NCBI GenBank assembly: GCA_951406725.2
Contig: OX597818.1
Location: 24,490,001-24,554,000, forward strand
Reading direction: 5' to 3'
Source: Octopus vulgaris
Taxonomy: Eukaryota
Length of the DNA stretch: 64,000 bases
Shown one piece after another: positions 62,700 to 64,000 of the stretch; within the stretch, counting starts at the first letter, position 1; the number at the start of each line of letters is the position of its first letter. A program made the translations under genes and the position numbers. Under the pieces are notes generated by a model, which ran no database searches, was not told where the DNA came from, and saw nothing but the letters and a program-made list of their open reading frames with translations.

Positions 62700-63440
62700 A
62701 TATAGGTACAGGACGTCACCAACAGTAAACAACATGAAATACAAAAACAAATGGAAAGCAGGACAAGTAAAATAAAGAATGACCCTGCATCAGTTGTCGG
62801 TTGTCTATCTACTCCTCATTTTGAGCATTGGAATGCCACGTATCCATTTCTAAGTAAGTTTATCTGAATCTTTTTGATGCGACTCTACTCTATAGTGTTT
62901 TCTCCCCTATCATTTTCTCTCTCATCCTTTCTCTAATTCCCTTTTTCTCTCCCCTTCACAGTCTTCTATCTGTCTGTCTGTCTCTCTCTCTTGTTGCTCA
63001 CACATGACTATCGTCCATCTTTCTTTTCCTCACGTGATCATCTTCTTTTCTTTCAGGACTGGATGTATTATATCTCCTATCTTTCCTTTTGTCACAGAAA
63101 ATATTTCTTCAGCTTTTGCTATTTTACCATTGTTCTGGTCTAATGACCCTCCATGTTTGTTTTCATTTGGTTTCTTTGTATGTTTCCATTGTTCTGTTTT
63201 TGTTCCCAACTTTCACTCTCCATAAATCCCAAATATTATCTTGGTACTTATGAGAGTGATTGTCTTTGAAGACTCATATGGTCATTCAATGCTCAAAATG
63301 AGTAGACAGCTGACAACTGATGAAGGATTGTTCATTACGTTACTTGACCTGTTTTCCGTTTGTTTCTCACGTTTGCGTATTGAACTCATTTGTTGTCGTA
63401 TTTCATTTTGTTTACTGTTGGTGATGTTCTGCACTCATGT
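62700..63440. repeat. inverted repeat pair (62700-62838 and 63281-63440) with a ~440-bp pyrimidine-rich spacer
   Basis: caccaacagtaaacaa..gaaatac / gtatttc..ttgtttactgttggtg and catcagttgtc..cattttgagcattg / caatgctcaaaatg..gacaactgatg. Confidence 0.85.
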
Positions 63441-63485
63441 ATGCATATGTATATGTATGAATATGTGTGTGTATATATATATATA

Positions 63486-63788
63486 TCATCATCATCATTT
63501 AACGTCCGTTCTCCATGCTAGCATGGGTTGGACGGTTCGAGCGGGGATCTGGGAAGCCAGAAGGCTGCACCAGGCTCCAGTCTTATCTGGCAATGTTTCT
63601 ACAGCTGGATGCCCTTCCTAACGCCAACCACTCCGTGAGTGTAGTGGGTGCTTTTTACGTGCCACCCGCACAGGTGCCAGGCGAGGCTGGCAACAGCCAC
63701 GGTCGGATTGGTGCAATTTACGTGCCACTGGCACGGAAGCCAGTCGAGGCGGCGCTGGCATCGGCTACGATTCGGATAGTGCTTTTTT
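63486..63788 (-). mobile_element. RTE-tail short interspersed repeat, young (CpGs intact)
   Basis: (cat)n ttaacgtccgttctccatgctagcatggg... with many retained CpGs. Confidence 0.9.
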
Positions 63789-63845
63789 ATATATATATAT
63801 ATATAATATAATATAAATAATATATATACATAAATATATATATAT

Positions 63846-64000
63846 TTAAAATCAAAGCTGGACATCTTCCTGTCGAGAGTCCCAGATGAACCTACCTCAC
63901 GGCAAGAGGTGCAAATGAGAATAGCTATATCAAACTCCATTCTTCACCAAGTGCCACATATTAGAGGAGGTTCTTCATAATAACAGTGTAGCACAAAACG
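63846..64000 (+). mobile_element. 3' end of the CR1/L2-group LINE family seen at 57134-58310
   Basis: KLDIFLSRVPDEPTSRQE parallels KLDLLLSSVPDEPTSQQE. Confidence 0.8.

Overview
AT-rich, repeat-dense animal genomic DNA. The tRNA/CORE-type SINEs and the RTE-tail repeats ending in (GAT)n look cephalopod, probably Octopus (inference). Two spliced housekeeping genes lie head-to-head. ZPR1 is on the minus strand: 12 coding exons from 19912 down to 1908 give 382 in-frame codons, the last exons lie beyond the left edge, and a candidate non-coding first exon/promoter sits near 25.9-26.1 kb. TOM40 is on the plus strand and complete: 7 coding exons, 35198-45870, 337 aa. The ZPR1 frame is best explained by two minor-spliceosome (U12) introns, one AT-AC (7840-10120) and one GT-AG (4670-5194). 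The rest is transposon debris: RTE and CR1/L2-like LINEs, SINEs, piggyBac, mariner, rosa DD41D, pogo/Tigger and GG-terminal 8-bp-TSD MITEs, a Helitron remnant and a deleted Gypsy element. Several long foldback repeats are present; at least one carries degenerate hammerhead-ribozyme motifs of the Penelope type. A near-identical 1.08-kb direct repeat brackets a LINE fragment. Most ORFs in the supplied track are spurious or TE fragments. All calls were made by eye; no searches or folding programs were run.
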